A stretch of 64,000 nucleotides of DNA from Candidatus Thorarchaeota archaeon (GCA_046758445.1 JBHIAE010000002.1:64001-128000), one strand, 5' to 3'. Numbered from the stretch's first letter, positions 1-10,527 are shown. Notes: generated by a model from the letters alone, not told the origin. Translations and numbers: made by a program.

Positions 1-720
1 ATGCAGTCATCTGTCAGAGAGCGGTTTGCCAGACGTATTGCGGGTGAGATTGCCCTTTCCGACCACCCTGGGCAGACCATGCGCCTGTGGAGAGAGAGAT
101 TCAGGCTTCCGCAGATAGAGTTGGCAGACTTCATTGGCATAAGCCCCAGTGTTATCAGTGACTATGAGTCTGGACGGAGGAAGTCGCCTGGCACATCTAC
201 AATACGCCGCTTTGTGATGGCACTCCTGGCACTGGACGAGCGAAACGGTGGCCAGATAATCGCAGCCTATGTACGGTTGATGGATGTCAGTCTTGTGGAT
301 CTAGACATAGTCCTCGCAATGAGTGACTTTCATTCGCCTACCACTTTAGCTGATTTCTGTAAGCGGTTGAAGTGCACCGTCAAGACTGGCATGAATCTAC
401 TACAGAAGGAGATCTACGGCTATACCTTGGTCGACGTCGAGCGAGCTGTGAGGGAGCTCAGCAGCGAGGCGTTTATGAAGCTATTTGGTGCGACTACTGA
501 AAGATGCCTCATATTCACGAAAGTGAACACCGGACGAGCGCCCATGATTGCGATAAAATCTCAAGAGTTCAAACCGACGCTGGTGATTCTACACGGCGTG
601 GGAGAAGTGGACAGGCTTGCTCTGGAACTCTCTGAACAAATGAAGATCCCGTTGGCTGTGAGCAAGATAGGATCCTTGGATGCACTCATCAGAGAGCTTC
701 GTAACGTTAATTCTGACTAG
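1..720 (+). CDS. XRE-family HTH transcriptional regulator (archaeal COG1709-like); may be 5'-truncated at the window edge
   Basis: N-terminal Cro/C1 HTH (QIELADFIGISPSVISDYESGRRKSPG) plus a DRTGG-like C-terminal domain. Confidence 0.8.
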   Translation: MQSSVRERFARRIAGEIALSDHPGQTMRLWRERFRLPQIELADFIGISPSVISDYESGRRKSPGTSTIRRFVMALLALDERNGGQIIAAYVRLMDVSLVDLDIVLAMSDFHSPTTLADFCKRLKCTVKTGMNLLQKEIYGYTLVDVERAVRELSSEAFMKLFGATTERCLIFTKVNTGRAPMIAIKSQEFKPTLVILHGVGEVDRLALELSEQMKIPLAVSKIGSLDALIRELRNVNSD

Positions 721-1631
721 CTGAATATCAACTTTAGAATGGCCATTCTTGTGACAACGCCACTATATACTTGGTCGAAGTACTTTGCATGTGGCGTCGA
801 GTCAATCTCAGATGAAAGCTCGTCTACACGGGGAAGCGGATGCAGTATGATCGCGTCATCTCTCATTAGACCGAGCTCCTCCGACGTGATTCGGAATTCA
901 CCCTTCACTTCATCGTATTCGTTGATGTCTGGAAAACGTTCCTTCTGTATCCTTGTCATGTAGACTACATCAACCTCCTTGACGGCCTCCTCCACGGTAT
1001 CGACCTCGGTCACTCGAACACCGGCCTTTCTCATCTCCTCAATTATGGCTCGTTTCATCCTCAGAGTAGGTGGTGCTGCCAGTTTGACATCAACGTCATA
1101 ATACGCCAGAGCCATGCCGAGAGAATGAACTGTCCTACCGTATCTCAGATCGCCAGAGAGTGAGATTGATAGCCCGTCAATCTTCCCTTTCATCTTCTTT
1201 ATGGAGTACAGGTCAAGCAATGCCTGTGTGGGATGTTCCTCCGACCCGCTTCCTGCGTTTATTATGGGGATGCTCGAGAACTCTGCAGCCACTCTTGCAG
1301 ATCCGTCTAGAGGATGGCGTATGACTATGACATCTGCATACCTCTCTACAGTGCGGATGGTGTCCGCCAGCGTTTCCCCTTTACCTCCCGCGGAAGTCGA
1401 AATGACATCAGCAAAACCAAGGACTCGTCCACCAAGTCTGATCATTGCGCTCTCGAAGGAAAGGCGCGTACGTGTAGACGGCTCGAAGAACAGAGTGGCC
1501 ATAATCTTGTCGGCCAATTCCCTGCTCCTGTTTACTGCGACATCCTCCATTTGTTCAGCCGTCTTTAGAATAAGATCTATGGTTCCACGATCCAGGTCGT
1601 GGATACTAATCAAGTTGTGAAGAATCCCCAT
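717..1631 (-). CDS. pyrB: aspartate carbamoyltransferase catalytic subunit
   Basis: FFEPSTRTRLSFE, HPTQALLD, GDLRYGRTVHS, HPLPR motifs. Confidence 0.97.
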   Translation of the reverse strand: MGILHNLISIHDLDRGTIDLILKTAEQMEDVAVNRSRELADKIMATLFFEPSTRTRLSFESAMIRLGGRVLGFADVISTSAGGKGETLADTIRTVERYADVIVIRHPLDGSARVAAEFSSIPIINAGSGSEEHPTQALLDLYSIKKMKGKIDGLSISLSGDLRYGRTVHSLGMALAYYDVDVKLAAPPTLRMKRAIIEEMRKAGVRVTEVDTVEEAVKEVDVVYMTRIQKERFPDINEYDEVKGEFRITSEELGLMRDDAIILHPLPRVDELSSEIDSTPHAKYFDQVYSGVVTRMAILKLIFS

Positions 1632-1651
1632 CCATTCTCACCTTGGACTCT

Positions 1652-2191
1652 CTAGACTGCGGGCTCTTCACCATTGCTCTTTAAAGTTTCCAAGTTTCGC
1701 CCGTAGTTTCTAGGAATCTCTACCCGTCTGATCTTGAGGCCTGACTCCCTGATGAGCTGAGTGGCCAGGTCATCCTCATACTCCTCGTTGTAGACTATCT
1801 CAACAATTCCCGCATTGATCAGTATCTTTGTGCAGATACTGCAGGGCTTGGTTGTGCAGTAGACCTCTGCTCCCCTTACACTCACACCATGGTATGCTGC
1901 CTGAATCACTGCATTCTGTTCGGCGTGAAGGCCTCTACAGAGTTCATGTCTTTCGCCCGGTTTGACCCCCTGATTCTCACGCACACAACCGACATCTTCA
2001 CAGTGGGGAAGGCCTTTGGGGGCCCCGTTGTAGCCGGTACTCAGAATCTGGGCCTCTTTGACAACCACCGCTCCAACTTGGTTCCTGAGACACGTACTCC
2101 GTGATGACACAAGGTCAGCAATCTCGCCAAAGTACACGTCCTTGCTCTTCCTGACCAAAGAGTCTACAGCTCCTTGCCGCTGATGTGTCAA
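1652..2191 (-). CDS. dCMP deaminase family protein
   Basis: RSTC...[16 protein letters not shown] and PCSIC Zn-deaminase motifs. Confidence 0.9.
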   Translation of the reverse strand: MTHQRQGAVDSLVRKSKDVYFGEIADLVSSRSTCLRNQVGAVVVKEAQILSTGYNGAPKGLPHCEDVGCVRENQGVKPGERHELCRGLHAEQNAVIQAAYHGVSVRGAEVYCTTKPCSICTKILINAGIVEIVYNEEYEDDLATQLIRESGLKIRRVEIPRNYGRNLETLKSNGEEPAV

Positions 2192-2316
2192 CCTCTCTTA
2201 AGAAGGTCGTTGTTAGACCACATATCATTCACATTTCGTAGTCGAAAGGCGAAAGGTAAAAAGAGCAGGTCAAGCGTGATGGGATGAACCTCAAGTGAAA
2301 TTGGAAGCCCAGCATC

Positions 2317-2673
2317 ATGAGAAAGCGGGATGGAAAGATAGTAGTGTGGCCAGCCTACCTAGATTCAACCCTCACCAGAGCACAGGGACGTAGGATTCCC
2401 AAGAATCTCGGAGCACCTGACATCTCAATCAAGATTCTCAAGGAGGCTGCAGACTCGGCAGGGTTCGACTCCGAGGTCGAAGCTGAGAAGGTATACCCGC
2501 GCGGCTGGAACAGATCTTCTGGCTATCTAGTCGTTGAAAACCCAGAGAAACACAAGAAGAAGCGTCTAATCCTGATGCTGGCAAAGAGCGTAAGAAGAGT
2601 CGTTGCAAAACGTGACTCCGCAAGGAAGGAAGCGGAGAAGAAGAAGAAGGCCAAGAAGAAGAAGAAACGATAG
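2317..2673 (+). CDS. srp19: signal recognition particle 19 kDa protein
   Basis: VVWPAYLDS..RAQGRRIPK, YPR, KKRLI; Lys-rich tail. Confidence 0.92.
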   Translation: MRKRDGKIVVWPAYLDSTLTRAQGRRIPKNLGAPDISIKILKEAADSAGFDSEVEAEKVYPRGWNRSSGYLVVENPEKHKKKRLILMLAKSVRRVVAKRDSARKEAEKKKKAKKKKKR

Positions 2674-2698
2674 GCGCATGATTCTGGGAGGTCAAGAA

Positions 2699-2941
2699 TT
2701 GAAGAGGCTCGGCAAGGTTCTTCATGTGTCGAAGAGGGGGTCCCTAATCCTCAGGACAGACAAGACACCTCCCATTGGCGAGCGCTCCGTTGTTATGAAT
2801 AAGCAAGCCGAGAAAATAGGCACGATAATTGACGTGTTTGGACCAGTCAAAAACCCGTATGTCGCTGTAAGTCCTCTGAACAAGGACACTTCTCACAAGC
2901 TTGTTGGTCAGGTATTATACCTCTACAAGCGCAAAAAGTGA
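2699..2941 (+). CDS. gar1: H/ACA RNP protein Gar1 (probable TTG start after GGAGG; ORF track starts at 2603)
   Basis: KRLGKVLH...IGTIIDVFGPVKNPYVAV; adjacent to srp19. Confidence 0.9.
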   Translation: MKRLGKVLHVSKRGSLILRTDKTPPIGERSVVMNKQAEKIGTIIDVFGPVKNPYVAVSPLNKDTSHKLVGQVLYLYKRKK

Positions 2942-3071
2942 TGCTCGCTTCTGTACATCGATGTTCTCCTGAGGACGCAAGCTGCCGAAATCGTGGAGCA
3001 GCTTCCGAAATCTAAATATCAATTCGTGCAGAATGTTCGACGTTGCCACGTGTTAATCAAAGGTCATCTCA

Positions 3072-3425
3072 ATGAACGATGTAACGGACCGGATTCTGGA
3101 GGCTCTCCGAGCCGTTGGTGAAAACGGTCTAGTCATCGAGGAACTGAAGACCGGGCTTGGCATTGATTCAAGGAATCTGGCCAAGAGCATCAAGCGACTG
3201 AAGTCCCAGAGGCTAATCAAAGTGCAGAAACAAGAACTGAAAGAGGAAAGATACGTCATCAGAGCTGAGATCAGCGATGAAGCTGAGCCCGGTAGCCTAT
3301 CTGACATGAACGGTTGTCCCTGCTTCCACTGTCTAAGAATCAGCAAGTGTGGCGTTCGACAGCCTGACTCTCCAGTCAGCTGTAAGAACCTAGAAGAGTG
3401 GATGTTAGGTTCGGAAGCAGCCTAA
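3072..3425 (+). CDS. RPC34-like / TFE-beta-like winged-helix protein with C-terminal Fe-S motif
   Basis: N-terminal wHTH plus CPCFHC-x5-C-x9-C..EEW; gar1 neighbourhood as in TACK archaea. Confidence 0.78.
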   Translation: MNDVTDRILEALRAVGENGLVIEELKTGLGIDSRNLAKSIKRLKSQRLIKVQKQELKEERYVIRAEISDEAEPGSLSDMNGCPCFHCLRISKCGVRQPDSPVSCKNLEEWMLGSEAA

Positions 3426-4039
3426 TCCACATTCCTATCTGACTTCTTCAAAGGGCCTGTAGCAAGCAGATAAATCTCCGCACTTGTCCTGCGTGATGCA
3501 TCAGGCTTGAGAAGTCTTACGGATTGATACTGTTCTTTGACAGATTGGAGGAACTCTTGAAATCCACTGCCTTGGAAGACTTTGGTCAGTACCTTTCCGC
3601 TCTGCCCAAGCAATTCAAGACCGATTCCCAGAGTAGCCTCCACAAGAGCCAGTTGTCTTGCGACATCAAGGTCCCAGTTTCCGGTGACCTTTGGAGCACA
3701 GTCTGATACCACAAGGTCGACTGATCCTCTGGTCATCTCCCTGATTCTCTCCACGGTTGCGGGACTCAGTATGTCCCCCTGAATGAAAGTAGCTCTCTCA
3801 ACCGCTTGCATCGGCACTAAGTCGACTGCCACTATCTCTATTTCACTATCTAGTTCACGGAGAACTTGAGTCCAGCCTCCCGGACTGCTGCAGAGATCGA
3901 GCACGCGGTCAACACCACCAAGGAGCTTGTGTTTCTTTGCAATCTGCTTGAGCTTGTAGGCACTTCTTGCCCGGTATCCCTTGGCCTTGGCTGCTCTATA
4001 ATAGTGCTCCTTCTTGCGCAGTTTCTTTGGCTTTCCCAT
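3422..4039 (-). CDS. rlmE: 23S rRNA (U2552-2'-O)-methyltransferase FtsJ/RlmE
   Basis: YRARSAYKL, DLCSSPGGWTQ, SDCAP, KPDASR..SAEIY. Confidence 0.93.
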   Translation of the reverse strand: MGKPKKLRKKEHYYRAAKAKGYRARSAYKLKQIAKKHKLLGGVDRVLDLCSSPGGWTQVLRELDSEIEIVAVDLVPMQAVERATFIQGDILSPATVERIREMTRGSVDLVVSDCAPKVTGNWDLDVARQLALVEATLGIGLELLGQSGKVLTKVFQGSGFQEFLQSVKEQYQSVRLLKPDASRRTSAEIYLLATGPLKKSDRNVD

Positions 4040-4043
4040 CTGT

Positions 4044-5249
4044 CTACTTCACTCCGGAAAGATCACTAATCACTCTGCCTAGTTCTCCAATTGATGCATT
4101 GGTTCGAATCGCAGTCGGTCTGAAGTGGGTCCTTGATGCCGAATGCCCAAGATCTCTCACTCTCTGCATCACTGTATCAGTCTTTGGGGGTGCAAGTCCA
4201 TGAACGTCGCACAGAACATGGAGGTCCACATATGGATTGTCCGTTAGCTCCGCTTCCTCCCGCATAAGTGGCAAGACTGTTGATACGCGTCTATGGAAAC
4301 CAGCTTCTCCCTCCGCCAGAAACGTCAGTGCGGTATCAAGCAGGGACACATCGAAGAGATCACCGATCCAGAGTGGGCCTGCAACGGTTGGCATTCCAAC
4401 ACAGGTGTCTGTTTCATGCTTGAATTCGCTCTTCTGCAGTGATTCTCTCAACGAAACAGTTTCAGCGCGCATACAGGTCTTACAAAAGCGTATCAGGCCC
4501 ATCTTGTCAGCCTGTATGTTTCCTTCGCTCTTGCTGCCCTCAATTCTGACCCACACTCTGACGTAGTGGTCAGTGCTCAATACTGCAAGAGGCTCAATTG
4601 ACCTGTCATTAGCACCTCCTGCAGAGTAGGCCGCACCCAGGAGAAGTCGTACGGCAAGCTCATGCACGAAAGGCGCTCGTATAGACAGTCCGCCGTATTT
4701 CCGCAGAGCCACATTGGGGTGGACTCCGCACAGTGCTGGCATGTCAGTCGCTGTGAGAGCGAGCATACCGACACGAGGATTCAAGGACTGTATCGCAGCA
4801 CTCAGATAGGGTGCAGGACTTCCAAAAGGGTCTACATCTACAAAGCCAAACCTTCGGGTCCGCGATTCAGTCAAGAGCAAGACTTTGGCATCTCCCCTCT
4901 TGACTTTCGCTCGAGATTGAAGATTGAGCCGTTCTATGTTCCTTTCTGCCATCTCAACGGCTACGGGATTTATGTCAAACATCAAGGCTTTGAAGCTGCC
5001 CGGACATTCATTCAGATAGCGAAGAGTTCTGATACCTGAACCTGTCAAAGGTTCGCAGAGAAGGTCAATGGAGTTCGTTTCAAGATAAGCACGCAGGAAC
5101 AGCACAGACAGGTCTCGATTCAATCTCATACGTGGATTATAGAAGACAGGTAGGTCTGTCGCTGGTTGCTCCTTATTCGCACTATAGTGCTCAACATCTG
5201 CACTCATGAAAGAGGTCTTGCCTTCTGTGTACTCCTTCTCGACAATCAT
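4044..5249 (-). CDS. trm1: tRNA (guanine26-N2)-dimethyltransferase
   Basis: VFYNPRMRLNRDLS, GSGIR, DVDPFGSP, TATD, GPLWIG, SRTHF. Confidence 0.95.
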   Translation of the reverse strand: MIVEKEYTEGKTSFMSADVEHYSANKEQPATDLPVFYNPRMRLNRDLSVLFLRAYLETNSIDLLCEPLTGSGIRTLRYLNECPGSFKALMFDINPVAVEMAERNIERLNLQSRAKVKRGDAKVLLLTESRTRRFGFVDVDPFGSPAPYLSAAIQSLNPRVGMLALTATDMPALCGVHPNVALRKYGGLSIRAPFVHELAVRLLLGAAYSAGGANDRSIEPLAVLSTDHYVRVWVRIEGSKSEGNIQADKMGLIRFCKTCMRAETVSLRESLQKSEFKHETDTCVGMPTVAGPLWIGDLFDVSLLDTALTFLAEGEAGFHRRVSTVLPLMREEAELTDNPYVDLHVLCDVHGLAPPKTDTVMQRVRDLGHSASRTHFRPTAIRTNASIGELGRVISDLSGVK

Positions 5250-5411
5250 CAGACAGTCAAGCCTCGCTATGTTTTGCTAATAAGGAGACAGGATAGACTT
5301 TGAGTGTGCGGCCAACTGACCAATGACATCTCCGGAACGTCTAAGAGGAGAACGTGCAGCCAAGAAACAACCAAAGAGGACCTAAAAGAACCGGACCTAG
5401 GGGTGCTAGTC

Positions 5412-5900
5412 ATGACAACAAGAGTAAGAATTGAAACTAACAAGGGAACAATCATTGCAGAGCTATGGCCAGACGCAGCAATCAACACAGTCAAGAACTT
5501 CGTTGAGCTTGCCAGAGATGGCTACTACGATGGAGTGACATTTCATCGGGTAATCTCCGAGTTCGTAGTGCAGGGAGGCGATTCCACAGGAACTGGGGGT
5601 GGCGGACCGGGCTATGCTATTGTCTGCGAAACTGATGGACCAAAGCAGGAACATATCCAAGGTGCATTATCGATGGCACATGCAGGTGAGAACACAGGTG
5701 GAAGTCAGTTCTTCATAGTTCTGAATGCAGAGAAGTGCAAGCATCTGGACAGGAAGCACACCGTTTTCGGAGCAGTGATAGAGGGGTTTGATGTCGTTGA
5801 GGCAATCAGGCAGGGTGACAAGATGACCAAGGTCGAGGTATTGGAGGCAGATCCGGTCGTAGAGAGTCATGAGCTGAAAAAGCTCCCTTCATGGCGTTGA
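5412..5900 (+). CDS. cyclophilin-type peptidyl-prolyl isomerase
   Basis: YDGVTFHRVI, QGGD, LSMAHAG.NTGGSQFFI, HLDRKHTVFG; probable ATG at 5412. Confidence 0.95.
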   Translation: MTTRVRIETNKGTIIAELWPDAAINTVKNFVELARDGYYDGVTFHRVISEFVVQGGDSTGTGGGGPGYAIVCETDGPKQEHIQGALSMAHAGENTGGSQFFIVLNAEKCKHLDRKHTVFGAVIEGFDVVEAIRQGDKMTKVEVLEADPVVESHELKKLPSWR

Positions 5901-5991
5901 ACAGTCACCTTTACATATCACCCCACATCGTCACACGCCAAGAAATCTAGGAGTAATAACCACAAACATAGTCAGCAAGAGAGGTATCCAG

Positions 5992-8127
5992 ATGGTAGCT
6001 GCCGTATTCATCGGAACATCGATTCTATCAGGAATCCTGGCGATAGTCGTTGCACTCTACTCGTACAGGCTAGTAAGTAAGGCTCATGAAGGGGACGAGA
6101 AGATGAAGACAGTCAGCGCACTGATTGAGGAAGGAGCCTATTCCTTCATCAAGGTCCAATACAAGAATCTTCTAGCCTTCACACTTGTTCTTGCTCTTCT
6201 GATTGCAGTAGTCTTCGCTGAATATGGTATTCCGATCTCAATATCGTATGTTCTTGGGTCGGTGGCAAGTATGGTCGCTGGATACGTCGGGATTGTAGTG
6301 GCCACGAAGGCCAATCGACGTACAGCCGCAGCAGCAGCCAGTGGAGGTCTGAACCCCGCATTTCAAGTTGCGTTCAGGGCAGGCTCCGTAATGGGCCTAA
6401 TGATAGCTGGAATTGCGCTGGTCGGTCTTGGTTCACTCTATTGGCTATGGAACTCGCTTCTCCCTGGTCTCGAGCCAACTGAACTCTGGGAGATCATGAC
6501 CGGTTTCTCCTTCGGAGCAAGCACCGTAGCACTGTTCGCAAAGGCCGGTGGAGGGATATTCACAAAGACGGCTGATATGTCCGCTGACATCGTGGGGAAG
6601 ATTGAACAACACATTCCTGAGGATGATCCTCGAAATCCTGCGGCAGTAGCTGACGCTGTTGGTGACAATGTCGGTGATATTGCAGGCACTGGGGCGGATA
6701 TCTACGACAGTAATGTGGCAGCAATACTTGCGGCTGCCATTCTGGGAGCTGCAATTGACGTTACAGCATCTCCCTCGCTGCCCTTTGGACTGCTTCCACT
6801 CCTTATTGCAGCCTTGGGCACAATCGCGTCTGTGATAGGGGTGTTCCTCGTCCGTCCCAAGGAGAAAGGTGATCCTGGGCCCGCTCTCAACAGAGGCACA
6901 TACATCACTACCATTCTGTTCTCAATCTTCGTTGTGGCCACACTTGTGACGCTGAACCTTGACTTGACTATTGCACTGTTTGCGGTCTCTGGTCTACTTG
7001 CAGGCGTCTTCATAGGATTCACAAGCGATGTCTTCACCAGCGATCGTGGATTGGGTCGATTCAAACCAGTGCCCAATATGGTGACTGCGGCGGAGAAGAG
7101 CGCTGCTAATCTTGTCCTGTCAGGCTACTCTTATGGTCTTCTAAGCGTTGTACCCTCTGTCATTGGCATCGCTGCTGCCATGGTGGTATCGTTCATACTC
7201 GGAGCAAATGCCACGTCTGTCGGCCTTGGAGGAACTGATGGTGGCATCTTTGGTGTGGCAATTGCAGCCGTAGGTCTATTGTCCACAAATGGAATGATAA
7301 TGAGTTCAGACGCCTACGGTCCTATCGTAGACAACGCTAGAGGTGTGATTGAACAGGCTGGCGCCCCTCACGAGGCGATTGTAGCATGTGACAGACTCGA
7401 CGCAAGCGGCAACACCACAAAGGCAATCACAAAAGGATTTGCGATAGGAGCCTCTGCAATCTCAGTCCTAGCACTCTTCGCCGCTTTCATTTCTTCGACC
7501 AGATTCCTCGTTCCCCGGGAGCTGCTAGTTGATGTTGTAAATCTGGCCGATCCATTCGTAATGGCAGGAGCACTAGTCGGGGCACTAGTACCAGTGGCGT
7601 TCTCAGCAATGTTAATCCTCGGCGTGGAAGACAATTCTGAGCGCATGATAACCGAGATTCGCAGGCAGTTTACTGAGGACCCTGGAATCCTCGAGGGCAC
7701 GTCCAAGCCTGATTACGACCGATGTATCAGCATTGCCACTTCAGGCGCTATCAAGGAGCTGATGCCAGGTACTGTTATGGCAATAATGGTCACGATGGTC
7801 ACAGGTGTCTTTCTTGGACTAGAGGCACTCGCTGGTTACCTGGGCGGTGCCGTGATAACAGGCTTGGTGATGGCCATTCTGATGGATAATTCAGGAGGGG
7901 CTTGGGACAACACAAAGAAGATTATTGAGTCTCCGGAGTACGACCACAGCACTCCCGATTATGAGAGAGTGCATGACAACTCTGTCTTGGGTGATATGGT
8001 GGGGGATCCATTCAAGGACACTGCTGGGCCGTCGATCAACACGCTTCTCGTGGTGATATCACTCACCGCAACCCTCTTCCTGCCCGTCATAGCACAAATA
8101 CATGCGTGGCTGACGGGACTGATCTAG
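5992..8127 (+). CDS. hppA: membrane-bound ion-translocating pyrophosphatase, predicted K+-independent H+ pump
   Basis: GGGIFTKTADMSADIVGK, EDDPRNP, DNVGD, GNTTKA, GDPFKDT. Confidence 0.95.
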   Translation: MVAAVFIGTSILSGILAIVVALYSYRLVSKAHEGDEKMKTVSALIEEGAYSFIKVQYKNLLAFTLVLALLIAVVFAEYGIPISISYVLGSVASMVAGYVGIVVATKANRRTAAAAASGGLNPAFQVAFRAGSVMGLMIAGIALVGLGSLYWLWNSLLPGLEPTELWEIMTGFSFGASTVALFAKAGGGIFTKTADMSADIVGKIEQHIPEDDPRNPAAVADAVGDNVGDIAGTGADIYDSNVAAILAAAILGAAIDVTASPSLPFGLLPLLIAALGTIASVIGVFLVRPKEKGDPGPALNRGTYITTILFSIFVVATLVTLNLDLTIALFAVSGLLAGVFIGFTSDVFTSDRGLGRFKPVPNMVTAAEKSAANLVLSGYSYGLLSVVPSVIGIAAAMVVSFILGANATSVGLGGTDGGIFGVAIAAVGLLSTNGMIMSSDAYGPIVDNARGVIEQAGAPHEAIVACDRLDASGNTTKAITKGFAIGASAISVLALFAAFISSTRFLVPRELLVDVVNLADPFVMAGALVGALVPVAFSAMLILGVEDNSERMITEIRRQFTEDPGILEGTSKPDYDRCISIATSGAIKELMPGTVMAIMVTMVTGVFLGLEALAGYLGGAVITGLVMAILMDNSGGAWDNTKKIIESPEYDHSTPDYERVHDNSVLGDMVGDPFKDTAGPSINTLLVVISLTATLFLPVIAQIHAWLTGLI

Positions 8128-8145
8128 TGCAGGTGGTTCGTTTCT

Positions 8146-9030
8146 ATGCGCTTTGGAGTGGTCGCAATCGAGTTCATACCTGCAGTAGAGAGGATTGTCG
8201 CCGGTGGTACTCCTGATTTCTCACGCATCAACCTAGTTGAGATTGTCCAAGAAGCCGTAGAAATCGAGCATATCCGAGTTGTGGAAATCCCAATGGAGAT
8301 TGAACAGATGGTGCCTGGTTCGCTGACACCTGAAGTCATTTCCAGATTGGCAGACCTGAAAGAAGAATTAGGCCATTCATACACAGTCCATCTGCCGTTT
8401 TGGTCCATTGAACTCTCAACTTTCAACGAAACGATTAGATCTGCCAGCGTGGACAGTATAGTGCACTCCATAGAACTTGCAGAGGAACTTGCCCCTGAAA
8501 TCTATGTACTTCATTCTACAGGAAGCTTGGCCGCAGAATATACCAAGCAGGGCTTTGCGGAAAGCATGAATCTGTTAGTGTGTGGGTATATGACATCATT
8601 TGCCATGAAGAGTGTGGAGGAGATAGTCACCAAGTCTGAGATTGACCCTTACAAGCTTGCGTTGGAGAATGTTGAGTTCCCCTTCGACTTCACCCGCGAC
8701 GTAGTTGACGAGTTCAACACTGGCGTATGTTTTGATACAGGACACATGCTCACTAAGCAGTCAGGAGATGAAACGCTGTCCGAATTCTATCGAAAGCATC
8801 GTGACCGAATCACAGAGATTCACCTAAATGATGGCGTAGTTGAGAAGAACGAGGCTGGGGGCTATCAGGACCACTTGGTACTCGGTCGAGGTGAGATGCC
8901 AGTTCGGGACTTCTTGATGGAGCTCATCAAAGACAAGTTTGAAGGACCTCTGATATTCGAGCTGACGACCGAAGAAACAGTCGAGTCACTAGATAAGATT
9001 CGAGATGTAGTGCCTGAGGCACTGCGGTGA
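8146..9030 (+). CDS. xylose-isomerase-like TIM-barrel metalloprotein (sugar phosphate isomerase/epimerase or CbiR-like)
   Basis: HLP, LENV, FDTGH, IHLND, DHL, IFE metal-ligand pattern. Confidence 0.7.
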   Translation: MRFGVVAIEFIPAVERIVAGGTPDFSRINLVEIVQEAVEIEHIRVVEIPMEIEQMVPGSLTPEVISRLADLKEELGHSYTVHLPFWSIELSTFNETIRSASVDSIVHSIELAEELAPEIYVLHSTGSLAAEYTKQGFAESMNLLVCGYMTSFAMKSVEEIVTKSEIDPYKLALENVEFPFDFTRDVVDEFNTGVCFDTGHMLTKQSGDETLSEFYRKHRDRITEIHLNDGVVEKNEAGGYQDHLVLGRGEMPVRDFLMELIKDKFEGPLIFELTTEETVESLDKIRDVVPEALR

Positions 9031-9124
9031 ACCAGTCTTTGTTGCGGCTTGACCCACAACATCGTCATCTGCGTGAAATCATCTTCGCAAAATACCAGAG
9101 CGGCGCAATCTGACCCGTTTCTAT

Positions 9125-9334
9125 TTGATGAGTGAAGCTCAACTTCAAGAAACTCCTATGTTGAGCATTTCTAGTGAGATAGCCAAGATGCAGGCGTTTG
9201 CCTACGAAACCATAGACGAGCAGGTAAGAGCTTGTCTAAGTAATAGACGAGTCAACGAATTGGAGGTAGACGAATTGATCAAAGAGGCATGCAAGGCCCT
9301 TGAAGGAGAGAATGTGGCCATTGCGTACGAGTAG
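9125..9334 (+). CDS. small acidic hypothetical protein
   Basis: 69-aa ORF in otherwise empty space; no motif recognised. Confidence 0.4.
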   Translation: MMSEAQLQETPMLSISSEIAKMQAFAYETIDEQVRACLSNRRVNELEVDELIKEACKALEGENVAIAYE

Positions 9335-9397
9335 TCAACAGGACACAATAATCTACATCTTGTTGAAAGGGCGCAATCCCACTACCATAGGAATCAG

Positions 9398-9506
9398 TGG
9401 TGGGCTCGGGGAGATTTGAACTCCCGACCCCCGCCTTGCAGAGTGAATGAGCTAGACCTCAATCACATATCAGAGCGGTGCTATAACCAGTCTAAGCCAC
9501 GAGCCC
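9398..9506 (-). tRNA. tRNA-Ile(GAT) with 31-nt intron (9437-9467) at 37/38; CCA encoded
   Basis: Acceptor GGGCTCG/CGAGCCC, anticodon arm CCGCT-CT-GAT-A/intron/A-GGCGG, T-loop GTTCAAAT; relaxed BHB. Confidence 0.95.
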
Positions 9507-9846
9507 AATGCTTGCTGCCAGACCGCATCAGTTGCGAATGTGATAAAAAGGTTGCGACCCACACGCTTGGCAATGTACTCGAAATTGAGCCTGACAATCT
9601 CAGACCCACTTACTTCCAGAGATTTGTGAAGAAGCTATGTGAATTAGATGCCCAATGGGCAATGTGCCTCTTCCTCTGGTCAGACTGTGTACACAGTGTC
9701 TTTTCGGACTCCCGAAAAATCTACATGTGTATTTGATGTACTATTTGGGCTGAGTGTTGTTGGGGAGAAAAACTGGAAACGATATCATCGAATTGGCGCA
9801 TTACCTCATTGAAGTCCCCACAGAACCACTAATGAGAAGTTAGAAC

Positions 9847-10527
9847 ATGAAGAGAATTGTCCTCAAAGGATTCTTGCTGGCTATCACACTCACACTAGCA
9901 GTCATGCCAGTTGCCCCGGTTTCTGCTGCAAACAATCAGGGTCTAGAGTGGGGCATTGCGGTGGGAACCCGGATAGACTACACCTATGAGTATCACCTGT
10001 CTAACAGCTCATTGGTAACACCGAAGGACGTCATCGAGAGGATCTGTGTCACTATTGATAGTTTGCCTAGGATCGAGGACGACATCTGCAATATGAGTCA
10101 GCTCTGGGGTTCCACATACACGCTCTACTGGACCAATGGGTCCAAAGTTCCGATACTAAGCCCCGTGAATTTCGCACTTCGCCCTGTTGGAAACTGGAGT
10201 CTTATGACGGAATTGATATTGCAGTATCCCACCATCGTACCTGAATCGATTCTTGATACGTCTACTTTATGGGGCTTCAACACAAGTGAGAGTTGGACCA
10301 ACACCCGAATGCATGCTATGTATGAAATCTCAAAACACGATGGTATAGCACACCGATTGTTTGTGAACGTGACAGAGAGGGTGAATGCAAAGTGGGGCAC
10401 CTCTACTTGGCTATTTACCCGCATGTTTGAGCCTAACGACGCATTTTCTGTAAGCTTGGTTTTAGGATTGGGCCTTACTCTCTTGGTTGTGGTTCTGGCT
10501 TCAATATACCGTTGGAGCAGACCTTAG
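9847..10527 (+). CDS. secreted, C-terminally anchored hypothetical protein
   Basis: Signal peptide (MKRIVLK...VSA), several N-X-S/T sequons, C-terminal TM with basic tail. Confidence 0.7.
   Translation: MKRIVLKGFLLAITLTLAVMPVAPVSAANNQGLEWGIAVGTRIDYTYEYHLSNSSLVTPKDVIERICVTIDSLPRIEDDICNMSQLWGSTYTLYWTNGSKVPILSPVNFALRPVGNWSLMTELILQYPTIVPESILDTSTLWGFNTSESWTNTRMHAMYEISKHDGIAHRLFVNVTERVNAKWGTSTWLFTRMFEPNDAFSVSLVLGLGLTLLVVVLASIYRWSRP

Noticed and set aside
2630-2670. AAG tandem repeat
   Set aside because: Lys-rich tail of SRP19
9416-9736. ORFs overlapping tRNAs (also 43361-43687 and 55844-56062)
   Set aside because: Antisense translations of tRNA genes
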